A stretch of DNA of 64,000 nucleotides from a candidate division WS6 bacterium GW2011_GWF2_39_15 (GTDB taxonomy: Bacteria; Patescibacteriota; Dojkabacteria; SC72). Made by a program: the position numbers and the translations under genes. The DNA lies in NCBI GenBank assembly GCA_000993565.1, contig LBWK01000002.1:160620-224619 (forward strand). The letters are read 5' to 3'. This document shows positions 55,225 to 64,000 of the stretch, one piece after another. Under the pieces are notes generated by a model, which did not search any database, was not told the DNA's origin, and was given only the letters and a program-made list of their open reading frames with translations. Each line of letters starts with the position of its first letter. Position 1 is the first letter of the stretch.

Positions 55225-56621
55225 CGACTAGAGCAAAAATGACTTTCCAGTTTAGTCTGGTTACAATTTTAACCTTGCTTATTACCGGGGTCATCTTCTC
55301 AATTGGCTATTACATCAGTTCCCGAATAGAGATTAGAAAGAATCTCCTTCATGAGATTAATGAGGTTATAAGTCAACATCTTTATGTCGAAAAAGGTCGT
55401 TTAATACTCAAGAGGGGAGAAGAAAATGAACTCCTATCTGAGCATCTGAGAAATGATGGAACCTCAGCAGTCATTTATAACTCGGAATTTGAACCATTAG
55501 CGACTTATGGAATGTTCAAAAAGTATGATAGTGAGGATTACAATAAAAAGAATAAGATAGCACTTGAGAATGTTTTTAAGACAGGCGAGTATTTTATATA
55601 CACAGACGGTAAGAGTTATGGAAACCGTCCTTACGAACTGGTTATTTACCCGGTATCTTCAAATGGAGGGGTTGTCGGACTTGTACAGTTGGCGATTGAG
55701 GTGCAGTTGGCTAACGACATAGTTAAATTGAGTGTCATGATACTTCTTGGAGCTCTCCTTATAGGTGCCACCATTAGCTTTATAGCCTCATACTTCATTT
55801 CAAAACAAGCTTTGAGCCCTTTGACAGTTCTATCACAGCAGATGAATGATATCTCTACTAGCAATTTGGATCTCAAGATAGATACTTCTGGGAACGAGAA
55901 AGATGAGATGGTTGTCCTCTCAAGAACATTCAACAGAATGCTGGAAAGGATAAATGAAGGGGTATTAAAACAGAAAGAGTTTATTTCTACGGCTTCGCAC
56001 GAGTTGAGAACCCCGCTTACAAGAGCGGTAAGTAATCTAGAAGTTATTCTGTTGGATTTGAAAGAGCAATCGGCTCGGAAATCTATTCGCCGGACAAAAG
56101 AGGAGTTGTTAAATCTGAATAGTATCCTTGAGAGTTTGCTGGCTCTTTCAAATATTAAGGAACTGAAGAAAGTAAGTGAGGAGGTTCAGGTCAGGGAGGA
56201 AATAGATATTATGCTAAAAAACTTTGCCCTTGATATTAAAAGAAAGAGACTTAGAATTGAAAATAAAGTTAAGGACACTACTATTAATATACCTAAAAAC
56301 TACTTCTATGTAATATTTAACAATCTGCTTTCAAACGCAATTAAATATAGTAGAAAGGAAGGGATTATTAATATCTCATGTGAAGTTAAAAAGGATAGAT
56401 GCGGTATCAAAATCTCTGATAGCGGTGTTGGCATTAGGTCCAGGGATTTAGGCCAGATATTTGAAAGATTTTATAGGGGCAGGAACGCAAAAGGTAATGG
56501 GTATGGCGTTGGTTTGGCTCTTGTTAAGGAGGTGTGCAACAAGTTAGGACTAGATATCAGTGTCATATCTGGAGAGGGTAAAGGATCGGAGTTTATTGTA
56601 AGTGGTTTGGAAACCGTTTAG
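55212..56621 (+). CDS. Sensor histidine kinase (HAMP, HisKA, HATPase)
   Basis: Two TMs, ASHELRTPL, NLLSNAIKY, DSGVGI, IFERFYR, GYGVGL. Confidence 0.96.
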   Translation: MQRLTTRAKMTFQFSLVTILTLLITGVIFSIGYYISSRIEIRKNLLHEINEVISQHLYVEKGRLILKRGEENELLSEHLRNDGTSAVIYNSEFEPLATYGMFKKYDSEDYNKKNKIALENVFKTGEYFIYTDGKSYGNRPYELVIYPVSSNGGVVGLVQLAIEVQLANDIVKLSVMILLGALLIGATISFIASYFISKQALSPLTVLSQQMNDISTSNLDLKIDTSGNEKDEMVVLSRTFNRMLERINEGVLKQKEFISTASHELRTPLTRAVSNLEVILLDLKEQSARKSIRRTKEELLNLNSILESLLALSNIKELKKVSEEVQVREEIDIMLKNFALDIKRKRLRIENKVKDTTINIPKNYFYVIFNNLLSNAIKYSRKEGIINISCEVKKDRCGIKISDSGVGIRSRDLGQIFERFYRGRNAKGNGYGVGLALVKEVCNKLGLDISVISGEGKGSEFIVSGLETV

Positions 56622-57604
56622 TTTCTATTCAGATACTTCTCAATCTCGAGTTCTGCAGCTATTCCCATTCCTATTGCAGTGCCTGCCTGTCTGTATTCAT
56701 AATCCGTGCAGTCACCTGCAGCAAATAGGCCTTTTATGTTTGTTGCGTATCTGAACCCAAAATCAAACTGGTCAGAGATATCAGTATGCTTCTCAAGGGC
56801 GACTCTGTCCGAATTGTATATATATCCTTTCTCATCAAGAAGCACTCCGGTATCCTTCAGGAAGGAAGTGGTCGGGATATGTCCTATTGCCAGGAATAAA
56901 CCCTGAACATTTAGGACCTTTTCATCTTTCATTCCATCTCCGCTGACAACCTCAAGTCTTAATCCCTCTACACTGTTTTCCCCTAAAACTTCTACTACCT
57001 GAGCATTTACTATGAACTCAATCTTCGGATTGTTTTTTGCTTTCTCAATCATGAACTTTGAGGCTCTAAACTCATTTCTTCTGTGTATAATTGTGACCTT
57101 TGATGCAAATCTAGTTAGAAATGTTGCTTCCTCCATGGCAGAGTCTCCTCCTCCTACAACCGCTATTTCCTTATCCTTGAAGAAAAAACCGTCACATGTG
57201 GCACAGGCACTAACACCCTTTCCCCTTAATCTCTGTTCGGATTCCAATCCAAGCCATTTGGCATCAGCACCAGTAGCAACAAGTACCGCTCGGGATTGAA
57301 GAGTCTGTCCGTTTGATATTGTGACTGTAAAAAGTTCATCCTTTTTAACGGATACAACATTTTCCGTAATGTATCTGGTCCCGAATTTTTGAGCTTGGTC
57401 TCTGAATCTTTTTATGAGGTCAGGTCCTAATACCCCCTCGGGAAAACCTGGATAGTTTTCGACTTCTGAAGTTAGTGTCAACTGTCCACCTGCGGGTAAT
57501 CCTTCGATTACTAAAGGGTTCAGCATTGCTCTGGAAGCATAAAGAGCTGCTGCTAGTCCGGCAGGTCCTCCTCCGATTATGATAAGCTTTTCTGTCTGAT
57601 TCAT
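56618..57604 (-). CDS. trxB: Thioredoxin reductase
   Basis: GGGPAGL, GGQL, CATCDG, GGGDSAMEEA, HRR, FAAGD. Confidence 0.97.
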   Translation of the reverse strand: MNQTEKLIIIGGGPAGLAAALYASRAMLNPLVIEGLPAGGQLTLTSEVENYPGFPEGVLGPDLIKRFRDQAQKFGTRYITENVVSVKKDELFTVTISNGQTLQSRAVLVATGADAKWLGLESEQRLRGKGVSACATCDGFFFKDKEIAVVGGGDSAMEEATFLTRFASKVTIIHRRNEFRASKFMIEKAKNNPKIEFIVNAQVVEVLGENSVEGLRLEVVSGDGMKDEKVLNVQGLFLAIGHIPTTSFLKDTGVLLDEKGYIYNSDRVALEKHTDISDQFDFGFRYATNIKGLFAAGDCTDYEYRQAGTAIGMGIAAELEIEKYLNRN

Positions 57605-57634
57605 ATATTTATAATATCATATGAGTCAATAGCT

Positions 57635-59800
57635 TTATAACCCCCATGAGAGGGCTTTCTTGAATGACGCCATATCGCCAAAGGCATGTATTCTGGCAAG
57701 TGAGAGCCTTCTGTAAAAGGTATGGTCAATTGAATTGCCGCATGATACACCTATTTTATATCCACTTCCTGCGACCACACCAAAAGATTCTGTATCAGCA
57801 ACACAACCCGGGTATGCTATACCATTAACAAGCCGGCCTGTTAAACTTTGCAGTCCGTACTTGCTTGAAGTTATTTCAAAAGCCAGCTTTACAGGATCAT
57901 CAGTGGTTTTAAGGTTTGCATGCGTTGCTGAATGTGAATCAATGGACATGCCGTTATTTGCCATTTCTTTGAGCTCATTTCCTTTTATTGAGGATCTATG
58001 TGAGACAACGAAAAACACTCCGGTTAAACCATATTTCTTAAGTAGCGGGTAGGCGGTAGTATAGTGATTACGTACGCCATCATCAAATGTTATCATTATA
58101 GATTTCTGCTTAGGATTTTCTCCGGTTGCCAGTATATCGTGAAGTTCCTGAGGAGTGAGGGCTTTGTAATTGTGTGCTACAAGATAAGCCAACTGAGTTT
58201 CGAATTCCTTTGGAGAAACATATAACCCTTTGACAAATTGAGAACCTGATGTCGGGACTGCCGCGATTTGGTGATACATAAGTATAGGAACCCTGACAGT
58301 TCCTTTCGCTTGCGGTTTGATTTTAAAATCATACTTCTCATTAAAGTTGTTATTTGGCGGAGTTATATCATATTGGCTTAGGACGCTCCATGTATTGCTT
58401 TCGGCATCTCTTTTTTCAATGATAGAGACGGGAGATGTTGCGAGAATGACCTTGCCCTGTTGGTCTTTGACTGCGGTCAGTCTCAGTTTTATTACTACCC
58501 GTGTGTTCTCTTCTGGAGCACCTAAGTTGTTTGACATACTTAGTATTCTCGCCACATGTTCTGGGTTCGGATTTATAGTACTGGAATCCGCAAGATATGA
58601 AAATGTTTCGCTCAACTCATCTAGGGATTCATTAGTTGTTTGATCCAGCATCCCCGAACTCTCGAGCTCATTCTTAACTACTGAACAGACCTTTGTGTAA
58701 AGCGTGTATAGCTCTGGAGCTACTTCCAAGTATGCTTCATTAGAGGTTGCCGGGACAGATTTCTCAGAAGGTTCATTATCAAATGTAAATCGTGACTGGT
58801 TTATTATTTCAAGAGACTGTTGTTCAAGAACTTTTTCTACACTATTTGAAAGGCTGTAAACCGGATAGATATCACTTTGCATAAGTTGCCAAGAGTGTAT
58901 AGTGTTTTGTGGTTCATTGTCAGCACTTATTTTGAAATTTTTCAGAGTCTTTTCAATCACTTCCCCTTCTAAATCCTTTGTATATTTAAATTCCTTGTCA
59001 AAGTTAAGAGCTTGGGGGCTTATATCAAAGATATTATTTATCCTGTTAAGACGTGCGATATCTTCTATGTGATCGGTTGAGGCAAGTGCATAGAAGATAT
59101 ATAACTTGGTTTTAGTGTTAATATCAAAGAAATCATTCAACTGTATGAGTGCATCTTCATATTTTTTGTTTGATAGAAGTGCAGATGTATTATCCATCTG
59201 CATTTTCATTATTATTGACTGTTGCTGTATATAGCGGGATTGAGAAGTTGTAGAAGCTTTCCTGAAGTACCTACTAAGATCTTTAGCGGTCTCGTGAAGT
59301 AGCGGGTTTAAAGAAGACTCAATAATTCTCTGCTTTATTTCGGTCATCGAATAATTAAATAGATTTGCGAGAGATTCTCTAGTCATTAGAATAGGAAGAT
59401 CTTTTTGCATTAGGTCCGAGTAATATGAAGAGTAGCTCTCTTGTAGTGCCACACCTGGATTAGAAGTTGTAATTGTCACACCATTTGCAAGTAGGTTTAC
59501 CTTTTGTGTGTATGTTAATGAGATGTTTAACTTTTTTAAAGTGTCGTCATAGTTTGAGGGGAAACCTGTTAGAGGGTATGATGTGGTACTGAGGCTCTCC
59601 TTGTTACTTGGAGTATCAATTTGGCCTGCGAAATCAATTAATTCTGCCTGATGTTGTGAATATTCTGTAATTTGAGGAATTTGTTCATATCTAGCTTCCT
59701 GCACTTTCTGAAATAGCAAGGCTCCAAGGTAGGTTAGTGATACAACAATGATTGTAAACAGAAGTATGATAAGAACTTTTGCGGTAATCTTTTTTATCAC
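57635..59800 (-). CDS. Polysaccharide deacetylase (CE4, IcaB-like) with large N-terminal DUF3160-like region
   Basis: PILMYHQI, ITFDDG, IDSHSATH, IAYPG; N-terminal TM. Confidence 0.85.
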   Translation of the reverse strand: MIKKITAKVLIILLFTIIVVSLTYLGALLFQKVQEARYEQIPQITEYSQHQAELIDFAGQIDTPSNKESLSTTSYPLTGFPSNYDDTLKKLNISLTYTQKVNLLANGVTITTSNPGVALQESYSSYYSDLMQKDLPILMTRESLANLFNYSMTEIKQRIIESSLNPLLHETAKDLSRYFRKASTTSQSRYIQQQSIIMKMQMDNTSALLSNKKYEDALIQLNDFFDINTKTKLYIFYALASTDHIEDIARLNRINNIFDISPQALNFDKEFKYTKDLEGEVIEKTLKNFKISADNEPQNTIHSWQLMQSDIYPVYSLSNSVEKVLEQQSLEIINQSRFTFDNEPSEKSVPATSNEAYLEVAPELYTLYTKVCSVVKNELESSGMLDQTTNESLDELSETFSYLADSSTINPNPEHVARILSMSNNLGAPEENTRVVIKLRLTAVKDQQGKVILATSPVSIIEKRDAESNTWSVLSQYDITPPNNNFNEKYDFKIKPQAKGTVRVPILMYHQIAAVPTSGSQFVKGLYVSPKEFETQLAYLVAHNYKALTPQELHDILATGENPKQKSIMITFDDGVRNHYTTAYPLLKKYGLTGVFFVVSHRSSIKGNELKEMANNGMSIDSHSATHANLKTTDDPVKLAFEITSSKYGLQSLTGRLVNGIAYPGCVADTESFGVVAGSGYKIGVSCGNSIDHTFYRRLSLARIHAFGDMASFKKALSWGL

Positions 59801-59940
59801 GGGTATGAATGTAACCTAGTTACTCTATAGTAAAGTAATAAGCGTGAAATAACAACTGGACATCTTTAGTCTTCTACAGGTCTTGCAAATCACTGTGGTA
59901 TAGGCTAATAATAAGTATATTAATATTTAATATTGTAAAT

Positions 59941-60660
59941 ATGAAGAGACCTTCTAAGAATCCTCTTTTAATCGTGTCACTCTCGCTTGTCGCACTTTTA
60001 CTTTTAGGTACAGGTGTTACTTACGCCTCTGACGGAGCAAAGCCCGGAGACCTTTTATACAGTGTTGATCGTTTGAGTGAAAATGTTCAGCTTGCCCTTA
60101 CCCTTGACGATAGTACAAATGCTGAACTGGAGATGAAATTTCTAGAAGAAAGGGTGGAGGAGCTGGAAGAATTTGAGAACGAAATGGAAGATTCAGCAGA
60201 AGATAAGGATGCTGACGGGAGTGTGGATGGTCTTAATCAAGCTATTGAAAATGTCGCAAAACAGGAAGTCCGACTAAGGTCTAGGTATGAGGAACTTAAA
60301 CAGGCTTTTGAAAATGGCGAAATTACTCAGGAAAAGTGGATGGAAATAGAAGAGAAATACACTGAATTGCTAGGGAAAAAGGAAGACAAGTTAGATCAAC
60401 TTCAGGAATTAGATAGTGAGCTCGAGGAGAAGATGGAGGAAAGAAAGCAGGAAGCAGAGAAGGAGCAGGCTGAGGAAGAAGCTGAAGAGCAGGAAAAGAT
60501 AAAGGAACAGGAAAGAGAGAAGGAGAACAAGCAAAATTCAAAATCAGACAACGGGGATGATGAGAGTAAAGATAGCGAAGAAAATGAAGTAGAGAATGAG
60601 GAAGAGGACGAGCCTGAGTCTGAGGATGATAATAGTGATAGCGGAAAAAATGAAGACTAA
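59941..60660 (+). CDS. DUF5667-like exported coiled-coil protein with acidic tail
   Basis: Signal/TM, AKPGDLLYSVDRLSENVQL, EERVEE. Confidence 0.75.
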   Translation: MKRPSKNPLLIVSLSLVALLLLGTGVTYASDGAKPGDLLYSVDRLSENVQLALTLDDSTNAELEMKFLEERVEELEEFENEMEDSAEDKDADGSVDGLNQAIENVAKQEVRLRSRYEELKQAFENGEITQEKWMEIEEKYTELLGKKEDKLDQLQELDSELEEKMEERKQEAEKEQAEEEAEEQEKIKEQEREKENKQNSKSDNGDDESKDSEENEVENEEEDEPESEDDNSDSGKNED

Positions 60661-61352
60661 TTCTTCAGGCAAGTATTAAGACCGCTTAGATCTCCTACAC
60701 AGTCACCATTCTTATTTAGTACTATGACCTTTTTTATCGTGGAGAATTGCAGAAGGGTCGTCTTAACCTCTGTTAGAAGCCGCGAGTCACTCATTACGCC
60801 CGGTTGGTTTAGATCTTTACAAAAGGTAACGGTTGCAGTATCAGAGCTATCTTCAATAACAAGTTTGAAGTCTTTTCCGCAGTTGGACTCTCCCGTGAGT
60901 TTAATCTGAGTAAATATTCCCTGAGACTGTTCAGCTGTACTAGGTCCTTTAATTAGCTCTTCCAGTGCAAATGTCCCGACATCTTTTCTGTCCGTTGTCC
61001 TTTTAGCTTCTACAGTATATGTAGGATCATCATTACTCTCCGGATCTTTAGAAAAGTAGATCTTCACTGTCGTTTGATTAGGTTCTTCGGTATCAGGTGT
61101 CTCGTTGTCAATCTGTTTTCTCTCAAGTGGATTTTCAAAACTTTTCCCATCAGGAGTAGTGCATCTTGAGGGATAACTTTCCTGTACAGGATACCCCGCT
61201 TTTACACAGTCGTCATAGTTCTTTATGTCTTTATATTTTGTACTTTGGTAGAGGAGAAAGGCGACAACGCCCAGAAGGCCAATAATAATTATCATAAGGA
61301 CAATGTTGATAATTCCTTGGGCATCATTTCTGTTTGTAGAAGTTGAGTCCAT
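60657..61352 (-). CDS. GerMN-domain membrane-anchored protein
   Basis: CVKAGYPVQESYPSRC motif; ALEELIKGPS, TLLQFSTIKKV. Confidence 0.82.
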   Translation of the reverse strand: MDSTSTNRNDAQGIINIVLMIIIIGLLGVVAFLLYQSTKYKDIKNYDDCVKAGYPVQESYPSRCTTPDGKSFENPLERKQIDNETPDTEEPNQTTVKIYFSKDPESNDDPTYTVEAKRTTDRKDVGTFALEELIKGPSTAEQSQGIFTQIKLTGESNCGKDFKLVIEDSSDTATVTFCKDLNQPGVMSDSRLLTEVKTTLLQFSTIKKVIVLNKNGDCVGDLSGLNTCLKN

Positions 61353-61424
61353 TATAATGAAATAACAGCTTAGATGTACTACTAGATTAGTACTTTTAGG
61401 AAATTTATCAAGAGGGGAGATAAT

Positions 61425-62288
61425 TTACAGAATTGTTCCGTCTCCCTTCTCTTCCTCGTAGCCAATTATATAGATATCCCTTTTATCAATCTGATTGACC
61501 AATTCGCCTTCCCCGTTAATAATTCTTTCAAACGGTCTGCATTCTCGGCATCCTGCTTCCCCGTTCGGGCATTTAAAGCTTTCTAGCTGTCTGGCAAGTT
61601 TAATTTTACGTGCAAGACTAAGGACTTTATTGAATGATTCGTTATAATCGGGAAGCTCTTTTTCTGAGGGCAAGTCATCCTGCTCCAGATACCAGTAACT
61701 GGCCTTTGTAACCTCTCTCTTTTGCGTGTTTTTCACTAGCAGCTGGTAGATAGGGAGCTGGAGTGATTCTCCATCCTCTTTGTTATCAAGACTGGTTTTG
61801 AAATCGATTATGTGGACAGAATCAGAATCTTCAAAGTATTCCAGCCAGTCGATTTTTCCGCAGAGGATAATATTTTCATCCTCTGAAAGCCAGAAATGAG
61901 GAAAGTCCATATCAATTTTCACAGCTTTATTCTTGAGCGGTCCCGGGTTGTTACGCACTCTCTCTAACATTTTTCTTCCTCTTTCCTTGTATTCATTTTC
62001 TGAGGAGCTGTTAGCAAAGCCCCCCTTCTTTCCCGAAACTTTTTTCCAGGCCTCTTCATATCTGTCAATTAAAGGAGTTTCAAACCTTCGTTCAGTTGGT
62101 ATTACAGATAGCGATTCTATTACTTCATGAACAGCCTGCCCAAGGGACATGTAGGGATTCGCAGTCTGAATCTTGTGTCCAGTCTTTTTGTCTTTGTATA
62201 TGTTTTTCAAGTAATATGCACGGGGACATTTGAGAAAATCGCTAATTGAAGAGTGTGACACCCAGACTGCTGTATATTTGTCTTTCAT
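61425..62288 (-). CDS. PD-(D/E)XK nuclease (RecB/Cas4-like)
   Basis: SHSSISDFLKCPRAYY, GQAVHE, GKIDW, IIDFKT, LQLPIY, C-terminal Cys cluster; ATG 62288 preferred. Confidence 0.88.
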   Translation of the reverse strand: MKDKYTAVWVSHSSISDFLKCPRAYYLKNIYKDKKTGHKIQTANPYMSLGQAVHEVIESLSVIPTERRFETPLIDRYEEAWKKVSGKKGGFANSSSENEYKERGRKMLERVRNNPGPLKNKAVKIDMDFPHFWLSEDENIILCGKIDWLEYFEDSDSVHIIDFKTSLDNKEDGESLQLPIYQLLVKNTQKREVTKASYWYLEQDDLPSEKELPDYNESFNKVLSLARKIKLARQLESFKCPNGEAGCRECRPFERIINGEGELVNQIDKRDIYIIGYEEEKGDGTIL

Positions 62289-62381
62289 TAAAGTTTTGTA
62301 GTATAAACTTATGTTATCGTTATATTGCATTTCCTGAAAAGAAAAGCTATATAATCTAGCATAAATTGGTATATGGAGTAT

Positions 62382-62762
62382 ATGAGACCGAAACAAACAT
62401 TAGTAAATAGCTTTAGAATTGCTTTCAGCGGGCTATTTCATGGACTATTAAAAGAAAGGAATTCCAAAATACAGCTTACAGTTGCGGCAGTTACTTTAAC
62501 AGTGTCAATTATATTAGGCGTCTCAAAATTAGAAATGCTTGTGATAGTTACTGCCTGTTTCTTTGTGATAATCCTTGAACTTATCAATACAAGTATTGAG
62601 AAGCTTCTTGATGTTCTTTATCCTAACCATCATCCAGAAATAGGATTAGTTAAAGATATTATGTCCGGAGTAGTGCTACTTGGTGCACTTCTCTCAGTTG
62701 TTATCGGAGTGATTGTTTTGTATCAACCAGCGATAGAGTTTATTCAAAGAGTGTTAAAATAG
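62382..62762 (+). CDS. dgkA: Diacylglycerol/undecaprenol kinase
   Basis: SFRIAFSGL, ERN, LELINTSIE, KDIMSGVVL. Confidence 0.9.
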   Translation: MRPKQTLVNSFRIAFSGLFHGLLKERNSKIQLTVAAVTLTVSIILGVSKLEMLVIVTACFFVIILELINTSIEKLLDVLYPNHHPEIGLVKDIMSGVVLLGALLSVVIGVIVLYQPAIEFIQRVLK

Positions 62763-62797
62763 AGAAGAGTAATTGTTATAGATAATCTTTAAAGTAT

Positions 62798-63124
62798 ATG
62801 AAACCGAGAGCGAGAATTTATAAAGATGAGAGGGAAGGATGTACACTGGTTCATTTCGAATCCGACCTGGGAATCCAGATCTTCGAAGCGTCTACACTTA
62901 AAAGAATGGGGATACTCTATGCAGGAGGAAATAGTAGAGATATGCATCCTAACTCACAATTTGAGTTTAAAGTTGGAGATACATTTGAGAAAGTAATTAG
63001 CAGGTTGGAGGAAAACGGTGATTTTGCTCTTTTTAGTAAAGTCTTTTTTGCTGAGTTGCCATCTGAATATTCACGGTTAGCACCATTGCACGTTCCTACC
63101 GAGGAAAGAGCTAATATGATTTAA
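62798..63124 (+). CDS. Hypothetical protein (orphan)
   Basis: 108-aa ATG ORF filling the gap. Confidence 0.5.
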   Translation: MKPRARIYKDEREGCTLVHFESDLGIQIFEASTLKRMGILYAGGNSRDMHPNSQFEFKVGDTFEKVISRLEENGDFALFSKVFFAELPSEYSRLAPLHVPTEERANMI

Positions 63125-63127
63125 GCA

Positions 63128-64000
63128 TTATCTATTAAAGAACCAGAATTCGATATTATTTCCCTGAGCCTTTTTAATGAACTTTGCTAGTACTTGGGTG
63201 TGGCGATCAATATCATCTTGATTTGTACCCCAATATGACCAGTCTGTAGCTTCAGCGGCTTCTGATTTATTCTCTGCAAATATATTTATTGAAACCTGAA
63301 AGCCTTTATCTCTCAGGCCTTTCATCTCGTTTAATATACTATTCAAAATCTCCTCTCTCTTTTTATATGTCTCTGTGACCCTTAAACTTTCATCATTGGC
63401 ATATTTTGTTTTGAATGTACCTGTGTTTACCCAGATCTTCTTTACCTTAAGATAACTGGCAGCTTCTGCAGCAAGATCAGGATTAATAAATTCCCGAGGA
63501 TTATCTATAAGAAGTGGATCTTCAGAGTTGTTTGGAGACCTCCAAGGGAATCCTTGAATTCCAAAACTGTCAACTAACCCCGGTTTTAATGTCTTAAGGT
63601 AGGGTATCAGGCTGGTATACGTTCCGTTTTCCCAGTTGTAGTCTTCGTTCGCATATGAAACTGAATTAAGCATTATAGAGGTTTCGGTTTTAGGAAAGTA
63701 TTTTCTGAGCACGCTAAGATAAATCGTTACATTCGTGCCGAATTGTTCAGGTAGAGCCTCTCCACGATTCCACGATGGAAGGTTAGCTTCAGGAAAGGGA
63801 ACCCAGATCCCCATTTGCTGGTCAGAGATTTTTTGATCTTTAATGGTCTTAAAGAATACGTCTATCCAGCCGGTATAAAAACCGGATCCGAACTCTTCAA
63901 AATCGATAAGTCCCCAGGATGTAATGGGTTCAACAATAACCACGGGTATAATACCGTATCTACTGTATTCCTTAAGGGTTGTACTTAGCCCTTCTGCAAG
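63128..64000 (-). CDS. Glycoside-hydrolase-like protein, 5' end beyond the window
   Basis: Frame open to nt 64000; WVPFPEAN, VDSFGIQGFPW, IWVNTG suggest a GH26-like barrel. Confidence 0.55.
   Translation of the reverse strand, partial: LAEGLSTTLKEYSRYGIIPVVIVEPITSWGLIDFEEFGSGFYTGWIDVFFKTIKDQKISDQQMGIWVPFPEANLPSWNRGEALPEQFGTNVTIYLSVLRKYFPKTETSIMLNSVSYANEDYNWENGTYTSLIPYLKTLKPGLVDSFGIQGFPWRSPNNSEDPLLIDNPREFINPDLAAEAASYLKVKKIWVNTGTFKTKYANDESLRVTETYKKREEILNSILNEMKGLRDKGFQVSINIFAENKSEAAEATDWSYWGTNQDDIDRHTQVLAKFIKKAQGNNIEFWFFNR

Noticed and set aside
51752-56621. Genomic island integrated at tRNA-Pro (or at tRNA-Glu)
   Set aside because: No integrase and no duplicated tRNA 3' end seen in the window.
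1-64000. Alternative genetic code (TGA read as Gly or Trp)
   Set aside because: TGA ends several conserved genes at their expected C-termini, and genes are intact under code 11.

Overview
A gene-dense, AT-rich bacterial chromosome segment using the standard code (TGA is a stop at 9985, 17837 and 54441). Gene content and protein styles suggest a Patescibacteria/CPR organism; this is inference and a finer lineage cannot be proven from the window. It opens with the end of the alpha operon (rpsD, rpoA, rplQ, rplM, rpsI). Translation, tRNA and other housekeeping genes follow: rnpB, fmt, queA, tgt, rny, ymdB, HU, pyrH, two Gre factors, trmD, glyS, lysS, serS, thpR, miaA, trxB, dgkA, tRNA-Glu(CTC) and tRNA-Pro(GGG). 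Single orphan genes are scattered among them. The most notable elements are: (1) a complete Lys-specific T-box riboswitch in front of a LysRS carrying a C-terminal DUF2000/PTH2-like domain; (2) a redox operon of cytochrome b5, MAPR-like and NOX-like genes plus a two-component system, with an unannotated 32-aa membrane peptide and a PhoB/OmpR-style tandem box; (3) a 2427-aa surface protein with duplicated, nested domains next to a MacB-type ABC transporter; (4) many apparently leaderless genes; (5) a reduced RNase P RNA; (6) degenerate SecD/SecF, a Gfh1-like Gre paralog and an M49-like protein with altered catalytic motifs. No CRISPR array, transposase, integrase or prophage was seen. All family assignments come from reading motifs by eye; no database searches were run.
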